64,000 nucleotides of DNA, taken from Octopus sinensis. Its lineage: Eukaryota. Below are positions 1 through 12,205 of the stretch, in pieces. Position 1 is the first letter of the stretch; each line of letters starts with the position of its first letter. Under the pieces are notes generated by a model, which saw only the letters and a list, made by a program, of their open reading frames with translations, was not told where the DNA came from and did no database searches. The stretch lies in the NCBI RefSeq assembly GCF_006345805.1, contig NC_043001.1, forward strand, positions 30,070,001-30,134,000. Reading direction: 5' to 3'. Both the position numbers and the translations under genes were made by a program.

Positions 1-128
1 GAGTGTTTCACTGATTCTTCTTGAATTTTTGGTATTCAGAAATCAACTATTATGATATACATCTATTGCTTCAAATACTGTTATTTGCTGATATATAATA
101 TGCTGATAATCATTAATCTATTTTTCAG

Positions 129-297
129 GATTGCTCATCAAACAAAAAAAGAAGACGTGCACGGAGAAACTTTATTTTTGGAACTTCGTCGACAAGTACA
201 TTGTGCAGCCTATAACTTGCTTATAGCTATCATTTCTTGTACTCAAACGGATCTCAAGTTTTACAATGTCTTTCTGTTTGCTGAAAATGAAGAGAAA
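129..297 (+). CDS. PRKDC: DNA-PKcs exon 1 (window numbering): IAHQTKKEDVHGETLFLELRRQVHCAAYNLLIAIISCTQTDLKFYNVFLFAENEEK
   Basis: tttcag| acceptor and |gtaaat donor; resembles human DNA-PKcs RRRLYHCAAYNCAISVICC..ELKFYQGFLFSEKPEK. Confidence 0.95.
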
Positions 298-338
298 GTA
301 AATATTAGTATTTATCTATAGCTAATACCAATAAAAGA

Positions 339-918
339 TTACTCTTTACTCTCTTTTCCTTTTTGACTGTGGCCATGCTGGAGCACCGCCTTTAGTCGAG
401 CAAATCGACCCCAGGTTTTATGCTTTGTAAGCCGAGTACTTATTCTATCGGTCTCTTTTGCCGAACCACTAAGTTACAGAGATGTAAACACACCAGCATC
501 GGCTGTCAAGCGATGTTGGGGGGGACAAACACAGATACACAAACACACACATTTATTTAATTTAATTTAATTTAATTTTTATTGGCTCAAAAGTAGAAGC
601 AAGGCCCATGTAGGGGGACAGGGAGTTATGTACAAGTCATACAAAGAGTTCAGGCCATTTCCGGTCAAGAGAGACTTTGAACCGAGCGGTCATCGGCATC
701 TTCACTATCTCGTCCGGCAGCTTATTCCACGGATCCGCAACCCGGACATATATACGACGGGCTTCTTTCAGTTTCTGTCTACCAAATTTACTCACAAGGC
801 TTTGGTCGACCGGAGGCTATAGTAGAAGACACTTGCCCAAGATGCGACACAGTGGGACTGAACCCGGAACCATGTGGTTGGTAAGCAAGTTACTTGCCAC
901 ACAGCCACTCCTATGCCT
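339..918 (-). mobile_element. tRNA-derived SINE, family A, interrupted by a CR1-like 3' end. Other copies approx. 6958-7195(+), 11585-12133(-), 24715-25110(+), 34110-34525(+), 37385-37560(-), 43175-43330(+), 46480-46882(-), 50868-51270(-), 57505-57912(-)
   Basis: Sense strand begins aggcgcaggagtggctgtgtggtaag..ggttccgggttcagtccc (A/B-box-like), has a central (CA)n/(TA)n tract and an aaagagtaaaagag tail; repeated about 10 times in the window. Confidence 0.85.
551..747 (-). mobile_element. CR1/L2-type LINE 3' end nested in a SINE
   Basis: Reverse complement matches approx. 55468-55660 (gtccgggttgcggatccgtggaataagctgcc...gagccaataaaaatt); (TTAAA)n tail. Confidence 0.85.
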
Positions 919-1775
919 AGTTATTTTACCTTCTCTGTGAGTTGTTAGGAGTTGAAAGTTTAAGCAGCTCAGTTTGCATTTTTTCACGAGTTATATGACT
1001 TTCTTCTTGTTGTTGCCTTCATCTTCATCACACATTTGTTTTTTCCATACTCGCATGGTTTAGATGGGTCTTGCTACTTCTCTTAGTATTTATCATCTAG
1101 CACACATCAGCAGAGAAAGACTTATTGCAATCATCATTATTTTTTAGATTAACTATTTCTAGACTAGTAAGCGTTGATCATACTTATGGTTTTATTTGCA
1201 CTGACATCCAGAATATAAAGATGGAAGGAATGCCTCTAAGCATTTGGCTAATGATTCTGCCTGCTCACTACTTTAAAGTCAACCTTGGTGGCATTTGAAC
1301 TCAGAACATAAAAACAGAAGAGATATCATTAAACATTTTGCCAAGTGCGCTTATGGTTCTACCAGCTCGCTAATAAAGCCAATGTTGAATGCAGAAAGCT
1401 CTGTGCTCTGAAAAACACCTGTCCCATGTTCACATACCTGCCTAATAATTCGAACTGATCTAGGATAAAGAAAGCTCAAATCTACCATCTTGCTTTGTTG
1501 TAGCAGTTAATAAAGGTGCAGGAAGCCTGTTCTAAAAGAGAAATTTACCATAATCTTATGAAATAAAGTGAATATAATCAGTTCATGTGAAAGATTTGCA
1601 TTCTAGACCCATCCAAACCATGGTGAAATGGCACCAAGTGATGTTGAAAATATTAATAGTATAAAAGTTATAATTTTCTTTATGGAAAACATTAAACCTA
1701 TATAGAATTTAAGAATTTCTCTTGAACCATTTATATTGATGAAAATATGCTTGTTTTCTTTCTTTTTCTTTTTAG

Positions 1776-1841
1776 AAAGAATTTCTATTGGACAATATCA
1801 TTGATAAAGAAAAAAAATATTCATTTCCTATTGTATTTGAG
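1776..1841 (+). CDS. PRKDC: DNA-PKcs exon 2: KEFLLDNIIDKEKKYSFPIVFE
   Basis: tttag| and |gtaaat; 66 nt, phase 0/0; resembles human [22 protein letters not shown]. Confidence 0.93.
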
Positions 1842-1894
1842 GTAAATGTTTATAACTTGCAGTTTTTAATCATTTGTGATAACAGTCTAGAATA

Positions 1895-2406
1895 TTGGGT
1901 TGTCCAGAAAGTTCATGCCGATTTTTAAAGGAGATAAAAAGGTCAATAAATACCTACCTTTACTTTTTTAATCAACCAAATATGAACCATTTTGTTGCAC
2001 AGTGCATCTCCATCTTTCCTTAAACCTGAAAATACCCTCTTCCCAGAACTGAGGTGGTTTCATGGCAAAGAATTCATCAAAGTATCTTTTTATGTTATCC
2101 AAGGAATTAAATTTTTACCATTAAAACTATTCTGCAGAGACCTGAATAAGCGGAAATCCAAAGGAGCAATATCTAGTGAATATGGAGGGTGGGGTAACAC
2201 ATCCCAGCCGAGCTGCACCAATTTTTGTCTGGTTCCCAAAGCATCAAGTGCCAAAAATGAACTTTCTTATCTTCCATGAAAAGATAGCTTAAACTGTGCT
2301 CTAAATGGAGGTGTAGTCAAATCCTATTTTATGGACTCAACTATGTTCTAAAATAAGTCGAAATGTAAGCTACTATAAATCGGCACGAACTTTCTGGACA
2401 ACCTAA
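1895..2406 (-). mobile_element. Internally deleted mariner element
   Basis: TA TSDs; ~30-bp TIRs (ttgggttgtccagaaagttcatgccgattt / aaatcggcacgaactttctggacaacctaa); minus strand reads PPYSLDIAPLDFRLFRSLQNSFNGKKF..RWRCTVQQNGSY (YSPDLAP-type C-terminus). An end fragment of the same family lies at approx. 48080-48140. Confidence 0.92.
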
Positions 2407-2412
2407 TATTAA

Positions 2413-3496
2413 CCCTTTCGTTACTATATTTCTGACCAAATTACACCCCTTATGTGTTTCAATTAATTTCTAACGTAATCATAAATTTAGTCTGGTTTCA
2501 TTAAACAACTATAACTTTTTTATTTATCGATATATTAATCTGATTTTTGGAAGATAATTTAATGAAATATTCTCAACCAATTCTATACTATAATTTTTGT
2601 CACAAAGTGACTAATTGCAGGTAGATACAGGTAAATTCAACAAAATATAAAATTATAAAAATTTTGTTCAAACATCGCTATAGAAAATGGGTTATTAGCT
2701 AATATTCAATTGGGTATACAACAAAATTTTACGATAGAATTTGTTATTCTGGGTAACTTTCTGATACCCATAATAATATTTATGGCAAAATAGTCTTAAT
2801 TTCATTTAAGGTTGTGGGAAATAACAAACTATCGTTTCTTTCGCTTTGTTTACATTTAGCGTAACAGTTCGTTTCTGCCGTAATGATTTCAAATAGGCTC
2901 ATTCGAAAAAGTAAATAGAAATAGTCTAAGGCTTTACCCTTCTGGGAAAGTCTGTGGCTTGGTCCAGTTTCTTCAGAAAAATCACCGAAAGAAACAGTTT
3001 TTAAATTTTCACTCCATTCAGGTGCCAATTCGTTTTCTTTATCGCTATCGGAGATCTCAGATTCACTGTTTTCACTTTCGGAAAATGAAACATCAGATTC
3101 ATTATCAAATACCACATGCTTTTTTTTTTCAGTCATAGAGTTAGATTTATGAAGGTCTTCAGTAGAAAATCCTTCGAATTCTGACTCGCTGCTTGATATA
3201 ATGAAATTCGTATCCATTTTTTGTCAGAATTACAAATTTTGAAAACACAATAGGAACAAATTTCGGAAAAAAATCTCCCAAAATTCACGGAATTAAAATT
3301 ACACTTCGATTATTGTACAAAACTGTAGTTGAACTGTTTACGAAGTATAATACGTGTTTTCACGAATGTACTGAAGAGATTTGCTCTGATATTCTCATTT
3401 AAATATGAATAGGTAAATTCGGGCGGCTTTGGGCAGTTTGGTCTCATAAAGCAAAATTTTTTTCGGGCGGCTTTGGGCGGTTTGGTAACGAAAGGG
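2413..3496 (-). mobile_element. Internally deleted piggyBac element with the transposase N-terminus (ORF 2780-3217)
   Basis: TTAA on both sides; TIR CCCTTTCGTTAC; duplicated subterminal gggcggctttgggc motif; acidic N-terminus followed by ALDYFYLLF..IITAETNCYA..FPTTLNEIK. Confidence 0.92.
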
Positions 3497-4026
3497 TTAA
3501 AAAAATTTTTCCTTTTAAAGTTTTGTATATTTATAAGTGTGTTTCCCTGTGGTGTATGAATGCGTGTGTAAATATAAAAATCTCTTAAAATAATCTATAT
3601 AAATGAGAGTGTATATGGTTATGTATGTGTTTATCCCCAAAGGGGTGAAAGCATGCTGCTTAGTAGTTAGGGTGTTCAGCTCATTATCATAAGGTTGTGA
3701 GTTCAAAAACTGGTGGTACATTGTGTCCTCGGGTAAAACACTTTATTTCACATTACTCCAATCCACTCAGCTAGCAAAAATTGAGCAGTACCTATAATTC
3801 AAAGGGCCAGCTTTGTTTGTCACACTGAATGTCCCTGAGAACAACATTAAGAGTATGTGTATCTGTGGAGTGCTCGGGCACTTGCACATTGATTTCACAA
3901 GCATGCTGTTCTGTTGACCAGATTAACTGGAACCCTCGTCATCATAGCCGATAGAGTGCTAGTTATCCCTGAAAGGCTCTGAAATGGTACATCCTTGAGA
4001 AAAATGAATATATATATATATATGTA

Positions 4027-4568
4027 GAGGCGCAATGGCCTAGTGGTTTGGACAACGGACTCGCGGTCATAGGATCGCGGTTTTGATTCCCAGGCGGCGA
4101 GCTGGCAGAAGCGTTAGCACGCCGGGCGAAATGCTTTGCGGTATTTCGTCTGCTGCTACGTTGTGAGTTCAAATTCCGCCATGGTCGACTTTGCCTTTCA
4201 TCCTTTCGGGGTCGATTAAATAAGTACCAGTTACGCACTGGGGTCGATATAATCGACTTAATCTGTTTGTCTGTCCTTGTTTGTCCTCTGTGTTTAGCCC
4301 CTTGTGGGTAGTAAAGAAATAAGTTTCGATTCCCAGACCGGGCGTTGTGAGTGTTTATTGAGCAAAAACACCTAAAGCTCCACGAGGCTCCGACAGGAGG
4401 TGGTGGCGATCCCTGCTGTACTCTTTCGCCACAACTTTCTCTCATTCTTTCTTCTATTGGCCTACTCGCTTAGCCAATGGGGTAGCATCATTTGAAGGCT
4501 AAAACAATGTGAAGCGCATTGTGACCAGCGATGTGTAGCAACATCTGATATCCTGGTCGGTCATGGTG

Positions 4569-4570
<2 letters not shown>
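4027..4570 (+). mobile_element. tRNA-derived SINE, family C, with a nested family-B SINE (4094-4322). An uninterrupted related copy lies at approx. 45555-45928(+)
   Basis: Head ggcgcaatggcctagtggtt..tttcgattcccagaccgggcg; 14-bp duplication gttt(t/c)gattcccag at 4080-4093 and 4323-4336. Confidence 0.85.
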
Positions 4571-4607
<37 letters not shown>

Positions 4608-5539
4608 TAGCTGAGCATCCTGTGGTTGCCAAGCAATTTTTACGATAGGATGCTTTCGCAGACTTTTGGAATAGTACACTCACATAAACTGGTTTTTCTT
4701 TATTTTGAAGGGGATTTTCATTTTTGTTTTCACCACACCCTTGCAGATGATGCAAGGAAGCTTTTTATGACAAAAGACATTTGAACATTTATGAATCCTC
4801 CCTTCCCCACTTCCAAACTAATTTTGTCCAATTTTTTGTTTTTGCACTATTCACTTGAAGCTTTTCAGTTAAAAAAAAAAAAAAGAATTTTTGAAAATTT
4901 GTAATTTTTTTAAATTCTGCACTCTGCCTTCTAGCCCACACAATGTGCCAATGGCAGTTGCTCAACCTTCTATAAATAGCAGCCAAATTGTTGTCAAACC
5001 ATATTCTTCCTTCTTAAATAAAGGAAAGAAACAATAGGTAATGTAGTCCTACATACAACTATATGGATGGGTGGTCGTGACTGGAGTGTCTTTTATCAGC
5101 AGTCTGACCAATCAAGATTGACCTGAAATTAAACAATGACAACAGCCCCACACAGCACTTCACCCAACCTTTTTATCAAATAGTAGCCCTCTGGTATTCC
5201 CTCCCTGTATAAACTTTTTCCCTATAGGCAAACAAGCTGAACAAGATGGTATTTTGCTACACTGATCTGGAAGGGCCTGCTAAGGTTATGAGTACCACCT
5301 CTCCTCCTTAAAAGTGAGAATGCAGCAAATAAGAAAATTATACATAGATATTTAAAAAATGACTGGTTACCTATAGAAAAAAATTAACTTTGAATGACAA
5401 TGCTTTGTATTTGAGCATATACAGTATAGTTATGCAAATTTAATCAGATTATCATCTCAAATAAAGTTAATGTAAGTCCTTATAATATTGCAGAAATTAA
5501 AAGATCTTAGTAAATAGTTCTTTCTTCCTTTCTTAACAG

Positions 5540-5716
5540 ATGCAACCAAAAAAGAAAACTATCTTCCACACGCTTCAGAAAGAAATAAAGCAGAAAGTTG
5601 TGGCAGATGCCAGTCAATCTGCCTCGTATCATCTCAGTTCACTGTATTTAGAAAACAGCAGTTTGAGTGTTGATATTGGTCGATATGATTATCTCTCATC
5701 AAATGCTGAACATCAA
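5540..5716 (+). CDS. PRKDC: DNA-PKcs exon 3: MQPKKKTIFHTLQKEIKQK...YHLSSLYLENSSLSVDIGRYDYLSSNAEHQ (start of PQR region)
   Basis: aacag| and |gtaagt; 177 nt; resembles human [39 protein letters not shown]. Confidence 0.93.
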
Positions 5717-5753
5717 GTAAGTTGATTATACATATTCTCATATATTCCATATT

Positions 5754-5754
<1 letters not shown>

Positions 5755-5792
<38 letters not shown>

Positions 5793-6730
5793 GCTCTGAT
5801 GCAGTACCAGGCCGTGGTTCTCATGGCTTCTGATCTTAACTGATTGGAAGTGTTATCATGTACCTCTGTGTGAAAAGTCTGGTTGCATCCAAAAAAATAT
5901 ATATTATGAAACAAAAGTAAACACAAAATTTGTTACACGAATCTGTTACCACCACAACAGTCAACTATTTGACGCTGAACACGAGTTTGATGTTGAATAC
6001 ATCCACGAATTTTCCACTCAGATAGCTCTTCCCAAGACTGCAAGACGGCTTTGTGCAATTTATGCCTCGTTGTAGGGTTTTTCAGTTCAACTTTATCAGC
6101 CAAAACTTTGAAAACGCCTTCATCTAATGGATTCCACGTGTAAACATGTGTTGAATAGAAGTCACTGAACAAATCTTAATTAACTGTGTTGTCAATTGTA
6201 TGCACCTGACATATGCTAACGTGTATGCAGCCAGACTTTTCACACAGAGGATACATTGTTTTGTCTTGGTATAACAGATAGGCTACAGCAAATATTCTAC
6301 TCAATACCACAGATTTGCTTCTCAGTTGTTTGACCTTAATCAGTTGAGCATGTCCCTTAGTGGCTGACGATATGTGCATCTCTGATCACGAGTAGAAGTA
6401 GTGGGGGAGAATCATAGCCATGTCACCTCTTGAAACATGGTTGTTTTGTTCAACATCCTTAAACAACCCTTATTCAGGGACCTTTTGAGAAGACAAGAAG
6501 AAAATTCTAACTGGACCCCACCTGCAAGCTCATGTGCTGTTTATCTTGATATGAGATCACCATGTCATGCACATACGGTTGTGATGCATGTGCCTGGTGT
6601 TCCCTTATCAGATGGGCAGTCATGATGGGTATACTGCGCTTTGTATATTTTACCCCAGTGTCACTTTGCTGGCATGCACTGCACTCTAACTCAACAACAA
6701 CAACAATAATAATAATAATAATAATAATAA
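5755..6730. repeat. Unclassified interspersed repeat bracketed by (TAA)n tracts, hosting the Tc1-like insertion
   Basis: (AAT)n at approx. 5755-5790 and 6703-6730; complex GC-richer body; catgTAcattg is restored when the Tc1 is removed. Confidence 0.55.
5863..6251 (-). mobile_element. Tc1/mariner-superfamily deletion derivative
   Basis: TIR cctctgtgtgaaaagtctgg(t/c)tgcat at both ends; TA duplication; ORF 5933-6172 WNPLD..V..KV..P.T..L..A...WEEL..I...GG resembles a Tc1/maT C-terminus. Confidence 0.82.
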
Positions 6731-7121
6731 TCCTTTCTACTATAGGCACAAGGCCTGCCTGACTGGCTCCTGTGCCAGTGGCACATAAAAAGCACCCACT
6801 ACACTCTCAGAGTGATTGGCATTAAGAAGGGCATCCAGCTGTAGAAATTCTGCCTGACCAGATTGGAGCTTGCTCCCCAGACCTCAGTCAAAGCATCCAA
6901 CCCATGCCAACATGGAAAACGGACGTTAATCAATGATGAGGATGATGATATATATATAGGTGCAGGAATGGCTTTGTGGTAAATAACTTGCTTACCAACC
7001 ACATGGTTCAAGGTTCAGTCCCACTGCGTGGCACCTTGGGCAAATGTCTTCTACTATAGCCTCAGGCTGACCAAAGCCTTGTGAGTAGATTTGATAGACA
7101 GAAACTGAAAGAAGCCCATTG

Positions 7122-7152
<31 letters not shown>

Positions 7153-7468
7153 GTGTATATGTCTGTGTTTGTCATCTCAACATCACTTAACAACCTATTC
7201 AGTTCTTAATGGGAGCCAATGCCCTCATAGAACGATACACTTGCATTTCATTTTTGGCTTTCACTTGCCAACTATTTTAGAAGCGCTGAATGTGTATCAT
7301 ATGATGCAGACAAGAAAGTGATATTTTCGAATGCAGTATTGCTGTTAAAACAGCAGAAAAATTGGGCAGTATTACCCTTACAAGGCAGAAATAGTTCTCA
7401 ACAAACAGCCATTATATATTACTTTTTCTAAGTGACAATCTATCTGATATTCTTATTTTCTTTTACAG

Positions 7469-7531
7469 GAGATTGCTTCAATTTCTGAAAAAGAAAATTC
7501 TGCAAATTCCTCAGCCATATCTGAAGAAAAA
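7469..7531 (+). CDS. PRKDC: DNA-PKcs exon 4 (divergent linker): EIASISEKENSANSSAISEEK
   Basis: Pyrimidine tract plus tacag| and |gtaata; 63 nt, phase 0/0; brings DY-to-LEMDE spacing to 36 aa vs ~39 in human; little sequence similarity. Confidence 0.65.
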
Positions 7532-7564
7532 GTAATAACAATGCGATATTTTTCATATGTTTAA

Positions 7565-7785
7565 CCCTTTAGTGTTTAAACCGGCCATATCAGGCCAAAA
7601 TTGTCTTCTTGTTATATGCTCAAACCAGCCAGCTCTGACCTCTCACACCTACCCTACAAAGTCATTCTAAAAATAAACAGAGGCATCATCAAAATCTCAG
7701 AGTTACAAGATGCTGTACAATTAATTAAAAAACAATGTGATTAAACAGGCTTTACATTTGACAAAGTAATCTGAATACTAAAGGG
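7565..7785. mobile_element. piggyBac-type TTAA MITE (~220 bp); related copies in opposite orientation at 39241-39460 and 42218-42438
   Basis: TTAA|CCCTTT...AAAGGG|TTAA termini; shared internal ggatatggccggtttaaa and ttattctgtcaaatgt motifs. Confidence 0.85.
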
Positions 7786-8764
7786 TTAAGTTATGTTGTA
7801 TATTTTACTTAAGTATTATTTCTTCCAAAGGTTTAGCACCATTCGAGCGTGACCGTTACCAGTGTCGCCTTACTGGCACTTTTGTCAGTGTGCAGGTCAT
7901 ATGTGAAAAAAAAAAAAACATGATTTTTTCGTGGTCGTTGCCAGTACCACCTGACTGGCCCTCATGCCGGTGGCACATAAAAGCACCCACTACACTCTCG
8001 GAGTGGTTGGCGTTAGGAAGGGCATCCAGCAATAGAAACTCTGCCAGATCAAGATTGGAACCTGATGCAGCCATCTGCTTCTCCAGTCCTCAGTCAAATC
8101 GTCCAACCCATGTTAGCATGGAAAGCAGACGTTAAACGATGATGATGGTGATGACAGTGGTGGTGGTGGCGGTGGTGGCAGCGCCGATGATGATGATGGT
8201 GATGATGATGTAAAATTTTCTGAAGTGTTGCTAAATGTTTGACTACTTTTACATATCAGAAATGACTGAAACAACCGTACCAACTGTACATTAACTATCT
8301 AAGCAATACATGTTTCAGCCTTTAACATGATGAACTTCTGTTTTTGATCTCCAGTCCATATGATAGTAATTTTTAAAATTTTTAATGGCTTAACCAGAAG
8401 AGAGCTTCCAAAACTTGTGAGAGGTCAGAAGTTAATCAAAGACTTGGTCTGAATGCTTACAACAGTGAAGAATTCACTATAAGTACCCAAGTTATATATC
8501 TTATCTTAAAACTAAATCTATGATAATTATTCCACTACCTTTTGGAAACTTCTTTTCATCATTTTCACCTCAGGGACTACATCATACTTTGAAGTAAATC
8601 TTAGTCATAAAACTTCCGTCCATTATTTACTAATAGGGATATACAGTACTAAATGAATACAAATGATATTAAAATTTTAATGAAGAAGATTAAAAAAAGT
8701 ACCACTAAAACCTAGAGAGAAATGGATTGATTAAATCTGATTTGTTGTAAGAGAATTTAAAGTA

Positions 8765-9184
8765 TATTTATTTCTTTATTGCCCACAAGGGGCTAAACAT
8801 AGAGGGGACAAACAAGGACAGACAAAGGGATTAAGTCGATTACATCAACCCCAGTGTGTAACTGATACTTAATTTATCGACCCCGAGAGGATGAAAGGCA
8901 AAGTCGACCTCGGTGGAATTTGAACTCAGAACGTAGCAGCAGACAAAATACCTATTTCTTTACTACCCACAAGGGGCTAAACACAGAGAGGACAAACAAG
9001 GACAGACAAAGGGGTTAAGCCGATTACATTGACCCCAGTGTGTAACTGGTACTTATTTAATCAACCCTGAAAGGATGAAAAGCAAAGTTGACCTCGGTGG
9101 AATTTGAACTCAGAACGTAACAGCAGACGAAATACCACTAAGCATTTCACCCAGCATGCAAATGATTCTGCCAGCTCGCCGCCT
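8765..9184 (-). mobile_element. Two head-to-tail family-B SINEs. Other family-B copies approx. 12617-12846(-), 33528-33742(+), 47318-47460(-)
   Basis: Sense ggcgagctggcagaa..gttctgagttcaaattccgccgaggtcgactttgcc..aaagaaata; the ~190-bp body appears twice. Confidence 0.85.
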
Positions 9185-9267
9185 TAAAGTATATTCTATA
9201 ATTACAGATGATAAAAGAATACCATTGAGGACTTGGCACAACAGCTCCTGTTTTGCATTAAGATATT

Positions 9268-9557
9268 ACACTCACAGAGTGGTTGGTTACACTCACTGAG
9301 TGGTTGGTACACTCACGGAGTGGTTGGCTACACTCACAGAGTGGTTGGCTACACTCATGGAGTGGTTGGCTACACTCACGGAGTGGATGGCTCTTACACT
9401 CACGGAGTGGTTGGCATTAGGAAAGGCATCCAGCTGTAGAAAACTGCCAGATCAAACTGATGCTTGGTGCAGCCTCCTGGCTTCCCAGACCCCGGTCGAA
9501 CCGTCCAACCCATGCTAGCATGGAAAAAGGACGTTAAACGATGATGATGATGATGAT
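9268..9557 (+). mobile_element. RTE-type 3' tail with an internal 21-bp tandem expansion. Other + copies approx. 6765-6950, 7835-8210, 11215-11460, 12850-13160, 27610-27920, 38680-38910, 40870-41205, 44670-45090, 47620-47838, 53670-54112, 59105-59440
   Basis: Shared ggagtggttggcgttaggaagggcatccagctgtagaaa...catggaaaacggacgttaaac(GAT)n end; tacactcacggagtggttggc about x7. Confidence 0.8.
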
Positions 9558-9886
9558 AAAATTGATGTGATATTGGGATTTAATACCAATAGTCATATTA
9601 CTGAAGAGTCAGTCATTAGATTTTCTTCTCCCACTTTCAGCCAAATTTTGATCTCTGGGATGAGAATATAAATGAATTAAAAACAGAACAATATTAATAC
9701 AGTGGAGGTTATAATGTGGTTATTTATCATATTTCATATTTTTGCTAGGCTTAATTTCTGCATGAGTCAATTCACATTCAATTGACTGGCAGTTTTATTT
9801 AAAAAATCATTGTCTATCTATTGTTGTAACAGTTCTTGAGTTTTATTGTGATAGTTGATTACAACTCCAAATATTATTACTTTCAG

Positions 9887-10000
9887 ATAATAGATTATGC
9901 TCTTGAAATGGATGAAATTAATCAAAGTGAATGCATGTTACCCGTGGTAGCTGTTCTAAAACATATGTACCAGCAGAATATCACCCCCAAAGAAAACAAG
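9887..10000 (+). CDS. PRKDC: DNA-PKcs exon 5: IIDYALEMDEINQSECMLPVVAVLKHMYQQNITPKENK
   Basis: ttcag| and |gtatgt; resembles human [25 protein letters not shown]. Confidence 0.96.
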
Positions 10001-10394
10001 GTATGTATTTTATATTTTTAAAAAAGCCACTTGTTTGATACAAGATCAGCTTTATCTCTCATAATCTGTGACTGAGCATTTTTTACTATATATTTCTATA
10101 TTCCTAGACTATTTCCTTTTGATGGGAATCCATATGAACAATAAACATTAGACTAGAGGGAATCTCTACATGAGCCAAGGGGAGAGACTCAACACAGTTG
10201 CATGACCTGCTAGAAATAGCAGTTAAATCCATTTCAAATCACACGCTGCCACTTTTAGAAAAGACATAAGATAATGTATGTCTTTAAAAAAGACTAGATG
10301 GTCACTGGCAGAATAATTTTCACCATAGGTCTGCTCAGTCAAGGCAGGCTTAGGGATTAACATCAACAAACATAACGAGCTATAACTCACATTA

Positions 10395-10644
10395 TAATTT
10401 TCCTTCTCGAGCCATGCCAGGCTCATAAGGGCCGGTTTCCCGGTTTCAGTGGCATATAAATTCCCCACCTGGATGGGACGCCAGTCCATCGCAGGATTAC
10501 TAATTTTTTACCAGCTGAGTGGACTGGAGCAACGTGAAAAGAAGTGTTTTGCTCAAGAACACGACGCACCGCCCGGTCCAGGAATCGAAACCACAACCTT
10601 ACGATCATGAGTTCAACACCCTAACCACTAAGCCACGTGCCTCC
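10395..10644 (-). mobile_element. tRNA-derived SINE with a perfect 16-bp TSD
   Basis: gctataactcacatta at 10379-10394 and 10645-10660; sense head ggaggcacgtggcttagtggttaggg..gtttcgattcctgg. Confidence 0.9.
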
Positions 10645-11800
10645 GCTATAACTCACATTAGGAATATAAGACCTATCAGGATAGGCTCAAGTTGTGTTAA
10701 AAGTTCCAGTTATGGATGTGTTTATCTCAACTCTATTCATTTTGGCTATTGAAGCCATTATAAAAAAATTAAGAATTAGATGCTTGTAAGAAATCCTGTA
10801 TATAGTGACTTATTTCTAACCTGTTTTTAATAGGGATGCAAATAAGATTTTTTTTCGTTCATATTTTTACTGAACGTACTTATAGAAAAAAATCTTCTTA
10901 CAGAGCTTCTACTATGATATATAGTAATATTGTATATTAGTAATATAAACACAGAGATTGTACAAACTGAATCTTTGATAATAATTTTATATTCTGAAAA
11001 ATATATTTTGTACATAACAAAATTAATATCTCCTGTACAACTTGTTAAACATTGGTCCAGCCTATGTTTATTATGTTAGAAAATAAGATATTCTTTGTCT
11101 CTACAGTTGCTGGAAGTGAGATTACTTGAAGAAGCATTCTGAGTGAAAGTATTCATAAAGGCCTATTGGATGCATTGATATCGATTTGAAATTTGATGCA
11201 TTCTTTTTTTAATGTTGATACATGACCCATGCTGGTGACACATAAAAGGCACCTGTGCCAGTGACATTTAAAAGCACTCGTGCCAGTGACCCTGTACACT
11301 CTGTGGAGTGGTTGGCATTAGGAAGGGCATCCAGCCATAGAATCCAAGCAACAACAAACTGGAGCCTGGTGCAGCTCCCTGGTTTACTAACTCCAGTCAG
11401 ACCATCTTACCCATGCCAGCATGGAAAACAGATTCTAAATGATGATGATGATGATGATAACCCACTCTTCTAAGGTTTACTATAAGGGGCATTGTCATGT
11501 GGTATGTAATAAAGGGAATAGAGAACTAGAAATGTTTAAGAATTACTCATCATAACTGCAATGTTTAGTTTGGTATACTCTCTTTTCTCTTTACTCTTTT
11601 ACTTGTTTCAGCCATTTAACTGTGGCCATGCTGGAGCACCGCCTTTAGTCGAGCAAATCAACCCCAGGACTTATTCTTTGTAAGCCTAGTACTTATTCTA
11701 TCGGTCTCTTTTGCCGAACCGCTAAGTTACGGGGATGTAAATACACCAGCATCAGTTGTCAAGTAATGTCTGGGGTACAAACACAGACGCACAAACATAT

Positions 11801-11843
<43 letters not shown>

Positions 11844-11885
11844 ACCCATGCTAGCATGGAAAACGGATGTTAAACGATGATGATG

Positions 11886-11963
<78 letters not shown>

Positions 11964-12205
11964 TATATACGACGGGCTTCTTTCAGTTTCCGTCTACCTA
12001 ATCCACTCGGAAGGCTTTGGTTGGCCGAGGCTATAGTAGAAGACACTTGCCCAAGGTGCCCCGCAGTGGGACTGAACCCGGAACCATGTGGTTGGTAAGC
12101 AAGCTACTTACTACACAGCCACTCCTGTGCCTATACTATGTTATAGTATTGTTGAATATATTGTCAGCATTTATGTCTATTGAATTTTCTATATTTATTT
12201 CGTAG

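Noticed and set aside
2780-3217. 145-aa ORF as a nested host gene
   Set aside because: It is the truncated piggyBac transposase N-terminus within TIRs; the catalytic core is absent.
4027-4095. tRNA-like sequences at SINE heads (also 10395-10644 and 45555)
   Set aside because: They lack a complete cloverleaf and acceptor stem and continue into SINE bodies, so they are not tRNA genes.
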